A DNA stretch of 63,114 nt, counting the filler, from Lenisia limosa (taxonomy: Eukaryota > Protista > Breviatea): assembly GCA_001655205.1 (NCBI GenBank). It is 8 parts of 8 records of this genome, joined end to end, with 100 filler letters (N's around TTAATTAATTAA, not from the genome) between each part and the next. Parts side by side here need not be neighbours in the genome. Positions count along the whole stretch, not along the records: positions 37,389 to 40,589 come from LPNZ01008069.1; positions 40,690 to 51,882 come from LPNZ01009037.1; 6 more parts are not named here. One strand, given 5' to 3'. Below, one piece after another: positions 40,301 to 51,982 of the stretch (position 1 is the first letter of the stretch; each line of letters starts with the position of its first letter). Below the pieces are notes generated by a model. It did no database searches. It was not told the DNA's origin and saw only the letters and a list, made by a program, of their open reading frames with translations. The position numbers and the translations under genes were made by a program.

Positions 40301-40546
40301 AGATAAACCCTTGCGTTTTATTTCTTCTCTTTTTTCTATTCTGGATACAACCTTGTTTTATTTACCATGCCATAAAATTCTAGATTAAACCTTGCGTTTT
40401 ATTCTTCTCTTTTTCTTCTCTTTCACTTCTTCTCTTATTTCTTCTCTTTTATTTCTTCTCTTTTACTATTCCAGACTGCCCCACGTCCCCTTTTCAGCAA
40501 GGCAAAGTTCCACAAAACCCCTGTCCGGAAACCTGCTCCAGTTGAC
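37389..40546 (+). CDS. Ser/Pro/Thr-rich, probably disordered protein fragment with KEN, D-box-like and RxLF motifs
   Basis: Large exon ~38577-39728 plus flanking exons. Motifs RPPLAPVTS, LNKENVE, PRQLFSKARFH, PRPLFSKAKFH and many (S/T)P sites. Confidence 0.7.
38281..38504. mobile_element. Outer MITE (family M4) containing a nested M1a copy at 38360-38440
   Basis: Outer TIR TAGGGCTCCGTGCAATTAA / TTAATTGCACGGAGCCCTA with a 7-bp flank duplication GTAATTT. Inner M1a is flanked by ATTCCATT/CTTCCAAT. Confidence 0.85.
40011..40156. repeat. ~29-32 bp tandem repeat reiterating an exon/donor junction (continues into N gap)
   Basis: CCATCTTGCCTCT|GTGGGTTGAGG core at 40025, 40057, 40086, ~40115 and 40146. 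Confidence 0.9.
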
Positions 40547-40589
40547 TTGCCAGCAGACCTCACTATTAGTTGGGGGGGGGGGGGAGGGG

Positions 40590-40689
40590 NNNNNNNNNNN
40601 NNNNNNNNNNNNNNNNNNNNNNNNNNNNNNNNNTTAATTAATTAANNNNNNNNNNNNNNNNNNNNNNNNNNNNNNNNNNNNNNNNNNNN
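40590..40689. other. Artificial contig spacer 4
   Basis: 44 N + TTAATTAATTAA + 44 N. Confidence 0.98.
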
Positions 40690-40849
40690 ACCTCTGTCGT
40701 CAAATTTGTGTCCTCGCCCCCCGTCCCCAGAAGCTTCGATTGTATAATATTTTGTACCCTCTATTCTGTGTTTTTTACTGCTACTGAATGTGTTTTTAAT
40801 TTTTGTTCTTTCAATTCGCGTATTTCACGATTATACCCCTGGCACAACC

Positions 40850-42180
40850 CCTCATCGTGTAGAGCAGCCCAAATTACCCCATATTTCCCGAAAAACCACA
40901 AAAAAACGACCCTGATTACGGAGTATATAACAAGAAAGAGATTGACGAATAATCATGTTGTTATTACTCTCTACGGTACCTACATACCCGTTACCCTGTT
41001 TAATTGAGCCTCCGATGTAAGTCGCCGTGTAGTTTCCTGTTCCAATGCTGCTTGTAAGGACCTGGGAGTGTAACAGTACGGTCAGAATAATTAAGGAATG
41101 AGGTGGTTTTATGTAGATTTGATAGATTTTTCAGAAAAAAGAAACCAGCCTTGTGATAAATGTGTGCCAATATTAGATATTTTGTCCGTCTTTTGGCCCC
41201 GAAAGTGAAGCTCTAGCCAATATTCATACCGAATAGCCTCCGCGTGGCGTCTCATTGTGGCGCGATGCTGCTCATTATTGGACCTACAGGGTGAGAGTCA
41301 TGTACTTCCAGAAAAACATTGATCGAAAAAACGGGAAATCGCTTCGTTATTGTGTTTAGACCACAAAGGAAGCTCCAAACAAACCTCAGGGAGCTATACT
41401 CCTGCTCTCGTTTCTTGTCAATTTCCATGGAAGCTTCGGCAAGTCGTGACACCGCACTGCCTTCCGAGGACAATCTAGGGGGGGGGGGNNNNNNNNNNNN
41501 NNNNNNNNNNNNNNNNNNNNNNNNNNNNNNNNNNNNNNNNNNNNNNNNNNNNNNNNNNNNNNNNNNNNNNNNNNNNNNNNNNNNNNNNNNNNNNNNNNNN
41601 NNNNNNNNNNNNNNNNNNNNNNNNNNNNNNNNNNNNNNNNNNNNNNNNNNNNNNNNNNNNNNNNNNNNNNNNNNNNNNNNNNNNNNNNNNNNNNNNNNNN
41701 NNNNNNNNNNNNACCCAAATCCCAGCAACATATTCCTGAGTTTCTTGACAAAACGCTCCTCGGTTCTTTCAAGGTCCTCCACCCTACAAATATCACGGTT
41801 CGATCACGGCACAAGAAACTCTCAATAAATGAAAAACTAATTCTTCACTTTTCTGTCTATTTTAAAGGGGAAAGGAGAAACATAAAAACGTAGAGACTTG
41901 TTATACACTAACCCTCTCAAAAACATACTCATTGTCCCCATAGTCCTTCAATCTCAAAAAAAAAAAGGGGGGGGGGTCNNNNNNNNNNNNNNNNNNNNNN
42001 NNNNNNNNNNNNNNNNNNNNNNNNNNNNNNNNNNNNNNNNNNNNNNNNNNNNNNNNNNNNNNNNNNNNNNNNNNNNNNNNNNNNNNTGTTAGTCGCGGTT
42101 AGAAACGGTCTTTCTTTTGTTTTTCCTTGTTGATAACAATTTCAAGTTCCGGTTGAGACGGCTCGCTCACCGCTTCCATA
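40850..42180 (-). CDS. Small coiled-coil protein, unidentified
   Basis: Exons VEDLERTEERFVKKLRNMLLGF, LSSEGSAVSRLAEASMEIDKKREQEYSSL, SNNEQHRATMRRHAEAIR and SLQAALEQETTRRLTSEAQLN. Confidence 0.5.
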
Positions 42181-42310
42181 TCCTCCTGTTGTTGCCTGGA
42201 GTCACAGTCATGGGTCGTATATCGTGACCAGGTCGTTGTTGATGGGGTACAACAACTGCGTCATACTGTATCTTGAGTATTTGGGTTTGTTATGCTGCAC
42301 TCCGAAGATG

Positions 42311-42995
42311 TTCACTGAACAGCTGAAACCTTTGGTGAAAAAGCGCCTGGCTAAGGCCCAAGAGGCCCAAGATGACGACACCATCAAATTTATGAGTTCA
42401 TAAGAGGTTTGTGATGCTGCTGTTGTTCTTTCTTACTTATTCAGTACACAGACTCAATTCACTGGAGAAGGTGCAAATGCATGTTGATACCGAAAATACA
42501 TTGAAGTGGATGATGACAGCCAAATTCGCATCAAAAGATGCTCACAGAAACAATGTGTCACTTGCAGCTGCTCCCCGTCCCCTGTTCAAGAAAATCAAGA
42601 TAGATTGGATTGTATAATGATGCCATTTATGGTTGTTTTTGTTTTTGTTTGGCAGCTGCAGCTGTTCGTGTTTGTGAAGAAGTTCGGTCTTGCCTCAGAT
42701 GGTCCAACTGGTGAGTAGCTATTTTGCTGCTTGCATCAATGTCAAATACTGGTCCCCCAAGATTGTGAGTATGAATGAACTGTAGAGAAATGTCTTCATT
42801 GTGTTGAAGTGTACTGCTTTTCTTCAGCGATACAAATGCAACAAGAAGTCTGTCTGGGCGTCACGCCTTGCTGCAATGATCGTCTCGTACACCGCCCCCA
42901 TCCGCTTTCCCCTCCCGCTGGGAACTTTTCCCAAACTTGGGTATCGAGACTGTTAAAGTTATGGTTTCTTAGCTCTTCCGTGTATTGCCAATCTG
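42311..42995 (+). CDS. Small multi-exon gene, unidentified
   Basis: MFTEQLKPLVKKRLAKAQEAQDDDTIKF followed by clear plus-strand splice signals (TTCAG acceptors; GTGAGT donors near 42711 and 42763). Confidence 0.35.
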
Positions 42996-43039
42996 TCAAC
43001 CATTAGAGTGTTAAATATTTCAACGACGGCTGCTAACCT

Positions 43040-46000
43040 TTTTTCATGATTGTTTTTTGAGACTGAAGGACAACAACCGCTCCCGTCCCCCTACCCCACT
43101 TATTATCCAATATAGCCNNNNNNNNNNNNNNNNNNNNNNNNNNNNNNNNNNNNNNNNNNNNNNNNNNNNNNNNNNNNNNNNNNNNNNNNCTGCCATTTCA
43201 TTGAGGGCTTCGTCTTGGTTTCTGAAGACCATGAGTTGTGGAATGGAGAAATATTTGGCGTTTTTTTTGTAAAGCCCATTTCTTATGAACTTTACTTGGA
43301 AAATTAAATGTAGAATGAGGAAAATGTTGGGGTAGTCTGGAATTTACATCATACATGTATCATAATATCATATGTAAAACTTTGGCTCAGACCTGATCTT
43401 TTGATCTTGGCGCAGAGTTTCTGATTTGAAGGCTCGGTCCCACGTCTAAAGTTATGGTCATCTTCAGGCAAGCCAAAAAAGAAAGAACTTGAGAAGGTCT
43501 AATTGTTGACCAGTTCCTTGTAAAGCACCCGGAAATACCTATCGATACTCCTTTGATTCAAAAACACAATTATTGGGAGATTGGTATATATATATTAAAC
43601 AGTGAGTTACATAAATAATGGCAAACAGTTTTCCCTTTTAACTTGTCGCAAAATAGGTCTTATTCTCTGAATAGTTTGTATTTATAGTGGGATTTCAACT
43701 ACATTTTTTGCAGAATTTTTTTTTAAAAAAATTATGTGTTTTAAAGAAATAATAATCAAAAAAAAAATACCATTTCTAATACCATAAATAATCAGTGCAT
43801 CAAAACGCTGAAAATTTCTAGTTCTTAAGTTGGCCCGCCCCCTTTGGTGGTGATGACAGCCGAAAAAACATGATATTGTGTCAATAAGGTTTCTCATCTC
43901 TTTTGAGTGGATTCACGGTGTTTGTCATGTTGAGGTGCATGTTCAATGGGGTTAAGCAACAAAATGGATCACAATACACCATATTTTATTTAGTGAACCC
44001 AAATTACCTTACATGTTTAAATTTGGTGAATGATAAAAATCAAAATTTATACCAACAAATACGAATTTTGGTGCAATTGACACTTAAAAAGACATGTTTG
44101 GAGAAAAGTTACTAGAAAATACTTTTGCCATTACTTATGTAACTCACTGTATGTCTAATACCCCTATTCTTACATAACCTGACATAGTATATATATATGT
44201 ACATGTTTTTGAACCTTGAAGTTCTAAAAGGACCATGGGAAGACTGATTTGCTTCGGAAAAAAACGCCAAGTTGGTGTGTACACAATGTACACAAGACCC
44301 TCACTCACCTCGATTTTACTATCAAGGTCCTTTTGAGACTGTTGCAGGTCTGATATCCCAATGGGTGCATTACCGTCTAAAAGTCAAAAGGTTTGGGGCA
44401 GACATAACTAGGACTTTACTTCGGTTCGAAAAAGGCCATCAATAGTTTTCGAGGATTTATCTATTCACTCTTTTTTTCGAACGAAGTGAAGCCCTAGACA
44501 TAACTAAGAACAAAGTGAAATACCCCCCCCCCCCACCNNNNNNNNNNNNNNNNNNNNNNNNNNNNNNNNNNNNNNNNNNNNNNNNNNNNNNNNNNNNNNN
44601 NNNNNNNNNNNNNNNNNNNNNNNNNGATCTTCTTTGTGGCGGTTTTGACTGCATCACACTTGGTGGGGTAGGGAGTTAAATGCGCTCAAAAAACCAAAAA
44701 AAATAGAGATATTTCTCTAGATGTTGTTGAGAAATTTTTGGGATACTTGGAAACCCGATATTATAACGAAATATAATTTTTAATTATGTGTTTCGGAAGA
44801 AAATAAAAAATCCACTAAAGAAAATAAATAGAAGTACTCGGCAAGAAAAATTATTATGTATAAAGTGACAGGTAAGCCAGTGCTATCTCTGTCATTGTCG
44901 CATATTTTGGGACTGTTCAGTAGACAGTTTGGTTCAAAGGAACAACACACTTAAATGTTGATCTGCATCCCCAGGAGACACTAACCTGTTTAGCAGTTGC
45001 CGCAAGCTGTCCCTGAGATGCCACTAAAACGTCCACTACTCTAGCCATTGCCTTCTCGTGGCTCGAGAGCTGGCCTTCAATTGAACGATTCGACTGTGAG
45101 GGGGAGGGGGGTAAAATTGGAAAATTTATGAAACAAAAAAAGTGCACAATCAATCAACTCTGTTGGCCGACAACGCACAAGGGTTGATAACAACAAATCA
45201 AACANNNNNNNNNNNNNNNNNNNNNNNNNNNNNNNNNNNNNNNNNNNNNNNNNNNNNNNNNNNNNNNNNNNNNNNNNNNNNNNNNNNNNNNNNNNNNNNN
45301 NNNNNNNNNNNNNNNNNATTACTTGATTAATCCTCGAAAACTATCGATATTTTACCGGTCTTTTTCGAACGGAAGTGAAACCCTACCCACAACACCCACC
45401 CTTCGGCTATGTCGCTGCTCCGACATCTGGCTCTGGAGGCCCTTGAGGGTGGCTNNNNNNNNNNNNNNNNNNNNNNNNNNNNNNNNNNNNNNNNNNNNNN
45501 NNNNNNNNNNNNNNNNNNNNNNNNNNNNNNNNNNNNNCATTTGTGAAACACACGACGGTTGAAATTGTGAAAGAAATAAAAAGTAGTAGTGTTATCTATT
45601 GTGTTCATTTTTCCAAACCCAATTTGATACAAATGCCTCACTCCAATATGAAACAAAGAGAATAGAGAAAAGTTTTTTTTGAAGAATTAATGATAAAACC
45701 TATCTTTTATTTGAACTGAAGTGAGCACCATACTCCCACCCGCAAGATTGGCCGGGAGGGGGCGTGATGAGTCAAAAGACTGGGCAAAATGGGGGCTCTG
45801 GCTTCTCCCCATGCTGTTACTTAGGTTATGCAGACGTTCCATGGGCGTACCACCAGGGGTAGTTGGACGAGACTACTCCGTTAGATATAGCAATGAGAAA
45901 TAAAAAAAATAAGGTTGTATCTGGCCAAAGCCGTCCATGGGATTATAGTATATTCGGTTATAAGACGATGGGATATCAATGATTTTAAACACTGGAATAT

Positions 46001-48100
46001 TAAAGATCACCCCCTTACCGTCGGTTGTTGGTACCGGCCGGACTGTGATTGTGGCGTAAGAGGCATGTTGGTCATGATCTGCGAGGGGAGTAAAATTGGA
46101 ACATTTATGAAAATATAAAAAGCCCAAAATCAACTATGTTGGCTAGGTACACACAAGGATTGAAAATAACAAAGCAAGCAAAGACAAGTACCACATCCCA
46201 TCACTCCTGCGAACGAGGGGGAACCACCTACCTGAGGTTGATTGAACTGGCTAAACTGTCCTTGTTGTTGCTGCATTTGGTCGTATGATTGGAATTGCCC
46301 GGGGAAGGATTGAAATTGTTGCGGAGGATTGAACTGGTTGTTTTGTTGGGGGTATCCCTAGGGGAGANNNNNNNNNNNNNNNNNNNNNNNNNNNNNNNNN
46401 NNNNNNNNNNNNNNNNNNNNNNNNNNNNNNNNNNNNNNNNNNNNNNNNNNNNNNNACAGAGCGAATGCGGAAAAATATAGAGAATAATACTATTGTTATA
46501 CACTGAACTTTTCACAATTTCAAGGGGGTGCAAAAATACACTCGCCCGATTCCTACCTGTTGAGGAGGGTATGTAATGTTGGGGTTATGCATCCCGTTCA
46601 TTGTGTTCACCTGTGTAAAATAAGAAGAGCGTTTTGTTGAGGTATACAGTACACACATACATAAACTACAATATAGATTTGTTTTATTACAAAATAATAT
46701 GGTATTAAAGAAGGAAAGGAAAATACAGCGAATTGAGAGGACACGAGGATGCAACTCAAATTTTTACCTGCCAACCTGGGGGTGCGACTGGAATTGGCCA
46801 GTAGGAACAGGGTATTGCTGCATTTCGGGGTGCATCTGCTGGTTCTGCATCTGCTGTTGCTGCTGCTGCTGCATTTGTTGTTGTTGCATGTTGCCGATTT
46901 CTTGCATGCTGGGGGGAGCCCCGCTAAAAGAAATAAGTATGAATTCTCATAAAAATACAGGGATATTTGAAAACAATATCTTGAGACTTTAGAATATCAT
47001 CAATATTTGTCGATAATGTATCGAGAAATTCAGTCATTTTGGTGGATGTCTAATCCAATTCCTGGGAGAAGGAGGCATTTGATGGACCTGTTGTTCCATT
47101 TTTGTTTCCTCTTTTTTGAGNNNNNNNNNNNNNNNNNNNNNNNNNNNNNNNNNNNNNNNNNNNNNNNNNNNNNNNNNNNNNNNNNNNNNNNNNNNNNNNN
47201 NNNNNNNNNNNNNNNNNNNNNNNCTCCGTTGAAAAAAATTGAAAAACACGAGGGTTGAAAACAACAAAAACAAAGCCCATTCCAGTTATGATTAACCAAA
47301 GAAATTTCTAGGCTGAATATAGTGTCCAGATGTTTCTCTGAAAACCTAATAACAGACTCTCTTAACAATACATCTTTCCACTTACAATTAATTGGTTCTA
47401 AATTTGTAGCCGCGAAGTCTGATTGTTTCATGCGCTTCTTGCGCGAATGGGACTGTTCAACAATTTCAGGCTTCTGGGGAAGATAAAAACAGTAATTTGA
47501 AACACAAAAAATATCGAGATAAACTCCCGAAATTAACGCAAAGGATCATACAGTTATGTACCTAAGTGGAGGGGGGGGGGGTGAAAAGNNNNNNNNNNNN
47601 NNNNNNNNNNNNNNNNNNNNNNNNNNNNNNNNNNNNNNNNNNNNNNNNNNNNNNNNNNNNNNNNNNNNNNNNNNNNNNNNNNNNNNNNNNNNNNNAAGTT
47701 AAAACAATCCCATTATTCATTGGTGTGATATCAGAAGGCTTCAGTTCGGTTCAAAAAAGAGACTGCTTCAATAAACTATCAAAAAGTACTGATATTTCAT
47801 CAACCTTTAATAAAACAGCTATTATTGAGATCGTATCACAAGTATCCTCCCATTTTCTGTTTCTTATCAACTCCAAAGAGGGGGACCCGAGTTGATTGCT
47901 GGTGGTTATATATTTCATCACAACATCATTAATATCGTAGTTAGCCCCTTCTCGATCAAACCTCTTCAGCCGTGAGTGTTTCACCAATCACAATATGGGC
48001 GTCAGTGATTTCAATTCGGTTAATAACGCGCTCCTCCTCCTCTCCTTCGGACGACGACCGACTAATTTGTAAAATGCCAAGTTCAAACGATTTCCCACCA
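43040..48100 (-). CDS. Gln/Pro-rich low-complexity plus coiled-coil protein, unidentified (ends approximate)
   Basis: Exons KPEIVEQSHSRKKRMKQSDF, MQQQQMQQQQQQQMQNQQMHP, GYPQQNNQFNPPQQFQSFPG, SNRSIEGQLSSHEKAMARVVDVLVASQGQLAATAKQ and DLQQSQKDLDSKIE. Confidence 0.6.
44409..44496. mobile_element. MITE M1a copy with perfect 8-bp TSD
   Basis: GACATAAC at 44401-44408 and 44497-44504 flanks TAGGACTTTACTTCGGTTCG...CGAACGAAGTGAAGCCCTA. Confidence 0.92.
46079..46210 (-). repeat. Family C repeat making up ~86% of a 153-nt intron and ending on its AG
   Basis: Minus strand: GGAGTGATGGGATG...AGCCAACATAGTTGATTTTGGGCTTTTT...CCAATTTTACTCCCCTCGCAG|exon. Intron is 46079-46231. Confidence 0.85.
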
Positions 48101-49187
48101 TGAAAACTTTATTCAGAACAAATAAAACTGTGTGTTTATGTATGTAAATGCGAAGGGAGTGGTTATATCCTTTTCATTGATTTTTTCCGATTTTAATCAG
48201 TTAAAAACGATGTCAGAACCATGGACATAAAATAAGTTCAGTCCCATTCAAAAGGTGTGGGAATGTACAGAGTGAGCGCGTGTTGTATCGTTCTTGAATT
48301 TCTTGCTCTTAATCAATGTTAGCGCAAACCCGGAAGAGTCGTCGTCGTCTGTCCACTCTGCGCGGTCCCCCTAAATTGTAAATTGGAGACAGGTAAATAA
48401 AATGACAAGGCATGGGCCCTCTCAGGATGAAAAGATCATGTATATCCGTAATTATGTAAATGATAATAAAACATTAGACACTAACAAATAGGATAGAAAA
48501 AGTGGTAATATTCAAGGCTCAAAAGCGATATTCAATGATTTACGGATTTATCTGTTGATATCTCAATTCCACATTTCCTCAGTGAGAACAGCCACCGCTT
48601 CCTTGACAGACTGAATAACGACTTTTTGACCCAAATTGTGATTCCTCCCAACCTCTTCTTCCGGAATTGGATCTGCTTCTATCTCTTCTTCTCTGTTTGA
48701 AAGGTCAAAATTAGCTGCTGATGAACGGATACTCTCGAGAAGGACACTCATTTTGGTTGAAATGGCATGATCACCGTTGAGTCATTTCGCTGCTGAACTA
48801 AAAACTACTTTTGACCTTTATAACTTTTGTGTATAGTTATCGTCTCACCTGATGCTCAAAGAGGGGCAAGAGAGGGCCGCAAGCCCGCAAGGCATTAACA
48901 GTAATAGATATATACACCCCATGGCCACAAATGCAGGGTGTCGGCCCTATGGAGCCGTCTCCCCCCCCCCCCCCNNNNNNNNNNNNNNNNNNNNNNNNNN
49001 NNNNNNNNNNNNNNNNNNNNNNNNNNNNNNNNNNNNNNNNNNNNNNNNNNNNNNNNNNNNNNNNNNNNNNNNNNNNNNNNNNNNNNNNNNNNNNNNNNNN
49101 NNNNNNNNNNNNNNNNNNNNNNNNNNNNNNNNNNNNNNNNNNNNNNNNNNNNNNNNNNNNNNNTTTTCAATTCAGCAGTGGTTATTT

Positions 49188-49893
49188 AGGGTGAAGTCAT
49201 CAGCCGACTATTGTTCCAAGTGGCGATTCCTTAATTGGAGTTCTGGAGCAACTAGCTAATCTGACAGCAAAAGGTATGTAAATGTTATTTCTTTTTGAAC
49301 ACATTCACGGGATATAATGAAATTTTCATTTTCATTAATTTTTTTGAGTGGATGCCTTTATTGAAGACTCTGGAAGTAGGGATAAGATGTTATAACTGAA
49401 GGAGCAGGATGGGGCTTATTCTATTTTAAATTTATAATAAGACCAGAATTATTATTTACTTCCAGATACAACCTTGTTTCATCTCTATATATTCTCCTTG
49501 CTACTCTTATTGCAATTTCTTCTTTTTCAGTTCCGAAAAAAAAGTAGATCACATCTAAAACGTGAGTTTGGTAGCGAAAATGAATCTTTACTTGAATGTA
49601 ATGGGTGTAGTGGTAAGCTGTGAATTTGCGCCGACTTCAGGCTACTACTTCATTGCACTGAAAGATGGCACCATTGCACACACCTACTGCAACATGGTTT
49701 GTGGTGTAATATATTGCTGGACTGTTTTTTAGTTTTATTATTTGTGTAATACCCTGTGATATATATATATATACATGATATGTATATGTATAATATGATA
49801 TGTATATAGTATATGTAGTTGTATTGGATTCATTTATTTAGGACTTATTTGGAGGTGGATGGACAGTTGTTGACCTGGAATTGTCGACTCCAA
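49188..49893 (+). CDS. Protein with fibrinogen-like YCxxxxxGGGW motif (extends on both sides; limits unresolved)
   Basis: In-phase spliced exons give ...LLECNGCS|GYYFIALKDGTIAHTYCNM|DLFGGGWTVVDLELSTP. Confidence 0.7.
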
Positions 49894-51882
49894 GTAACGA
49901 TAAATTCATGTGAAGTACTTAGAATAAGGTTTTTAGGGCATTGTTTTCACACCTTTGACCGGACACCTTATTAGACTTGAAGAATTTTAAGATTTTTGAA
50001 GTTTTATGGAAAATTGTCGTCTAAATACAGCAAATCTCAAGGTTAACCTATTATTTTACAAATATAAAATCTTATGAATTACATAATTATCTGAGTTGAA
50101 ATCTTGTTGATATTCAGTGTAATACTATAATCAAGTCAACAACCAATAACTTTAAATAATTTTTACTTTCTTATATTATCAAGGAAAACGCACCAAACAG
50201 CATTTCTTCTGATTCTTCATTTAGTCAATACTTTCAGGTATGCTTAGTAGCCTCTTTAGACGAATACTGCAGACTATATATAAGCCAAGTTATCTTTTAT
50301 GATATGTGTATGAATAAGCTTGATGACAAAAACAGCTATATGATTACTTGATTTGTTTATATTTTTATGGAATTTGAAGTTCGATATTTCTGAAATCATT
50401 TTTGGCTTTGGAGATACTTTCGATTCTTCCAACATTTATGGGAATGAAAACTATATTGTTATTTTAGTGAGATTATTCCAGTGACATGTTGGACTATTGT
50501 TGTTTTTGTAATTCTGAAGTATAGTGTATGCTCCCGTGCGAGACCCATAAGGGTCTCGCCCACGGGACCACTTCAATTTCGAAATTTTTTATGCGAGACA
50601 CTTATATCCGGGTGGAAACAACCTGAAATTTCACTTAAAAAGTTTCAGGTTGGAAGTCGAGAAGTATGTTTCAGGGATCTTCTTTCCAAAATCCAAAGTA
50701 TCTCATCCTACCTTCCATACTCTTTCTGAGTTTTTAATCGAAAAAATGTTCATTTTAAGTATTGATTTTGTTAAGAAAAATGTGGGTATTTTTAAAAAAA
50801 GGAAGAAAAAAAGACTTCAGTCCCGTAACTCTAGACTTCCAATCTGAAATTTTTAAGATACTTTTAGATTCCGTACAAACCGAAGCTTTCAGCCCCACAG
50901 CTGTGTCAGGAGAAACCTGTTCACTTCAGATGTAAGATGAATGTTTTGCAACTCTCGGCATTTTGTTCGTTTATATTATCATATGCACAAAACCATTATC
51001 AACGTGATGATATGATATGATATCACATGTTTCAGACGGGAGTACATTCGGATTTGCTGATACCGGGTGGGTTTTGTTAATTGTGTAGTGTTGTTATTGG
51101 ATGAAGGCTGTAATGTTTGTGGCGTTCTATAAATGCCCCTAAATATTCTCATCCCTCTTTTCAAATAATTATAGAAATCAGATGTTTTGAAATAATATAA
51201 TTGTAGTAATATTCTTAACTTATAGTCGCCCAATCTTGCCATTTTTCCTGACTACAAAGCATGGCAATGCCCATGATATTTCCGATCTTGACTGGACCTC
51301 TGTGCTCACAGGCGAAGGGCATATTTTTTGGGTGGCGGCAAGATAAACGGTTTTCACACCAGTGTTGTATACTTTTAGTTTTCTGTTCTTTTGTTAAATA
51401 TAGTAGCACCAATTATCATGAGGTTACCCAAATTCATGATGTGTCCCAACATAACATAATCTTTGTATTATATATAATTGAGAGGCTAGTTCTTGTTCTT
51501 GGTCAATAAAATAATAAAATATTATAATATTATTGATAATTTCTCAAGATTGCTAATTTTGTTTGGAAGGGAGGCAGGTTGGAGAAAAGGAAAGGCTGAG
51601 GAAAGGGATATCATATTAACAAAAGGAGGGGGCAACAACCACCCCCACCCCGTGCCCCCCTCCCTTAAAAAAATCAAAAAAAATCAAAAATAAATATCGA
51701 AACCAGTTGCTTTGCCAAGTTGCAACTTGACATAATAGCGAAAAGCTAATTTCAGAAATCGAGAATTCAAATTGTTGCTAGATAAAACACCTTCAGAGAA
51801 TTATCACCCAACCGTGCCTCAATCATGGGAAGAAGGAAGAAGCAAGGGGTAAAGCCTCCCGAACCTGTCTCTCTCTCATCGT

Positions 51883-51982
51883 NNNNNNNNNNNNNNNNNN
51901 NNNNNNNNNNNNNNNNNNNNNNNNNNTTAATTAATTAANNNNNNNNNNNNNNNNNNNNNNNNNNNNNNNNNNNNNNNNNNNN
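51883..51982. other. Artificial contig spacer 5
   Basis: 44 N + TTAATTAATTAA + 44 N. Confidence 0.98.

Noticed and set aside
46800-46885. CAG/CAA repeat as a special element
   Set aside because: It is an ordinary polyglutamine-coding tract on the minus strand.
51225-51330. Reverse-transcriptase-like peptide SWALPCFVVRKNGKIGRL on the minus strand
   Set aside because: It is followed immediately by a stop, with no downstream RT motifs (no YxDD) and no LTR; likely chance.
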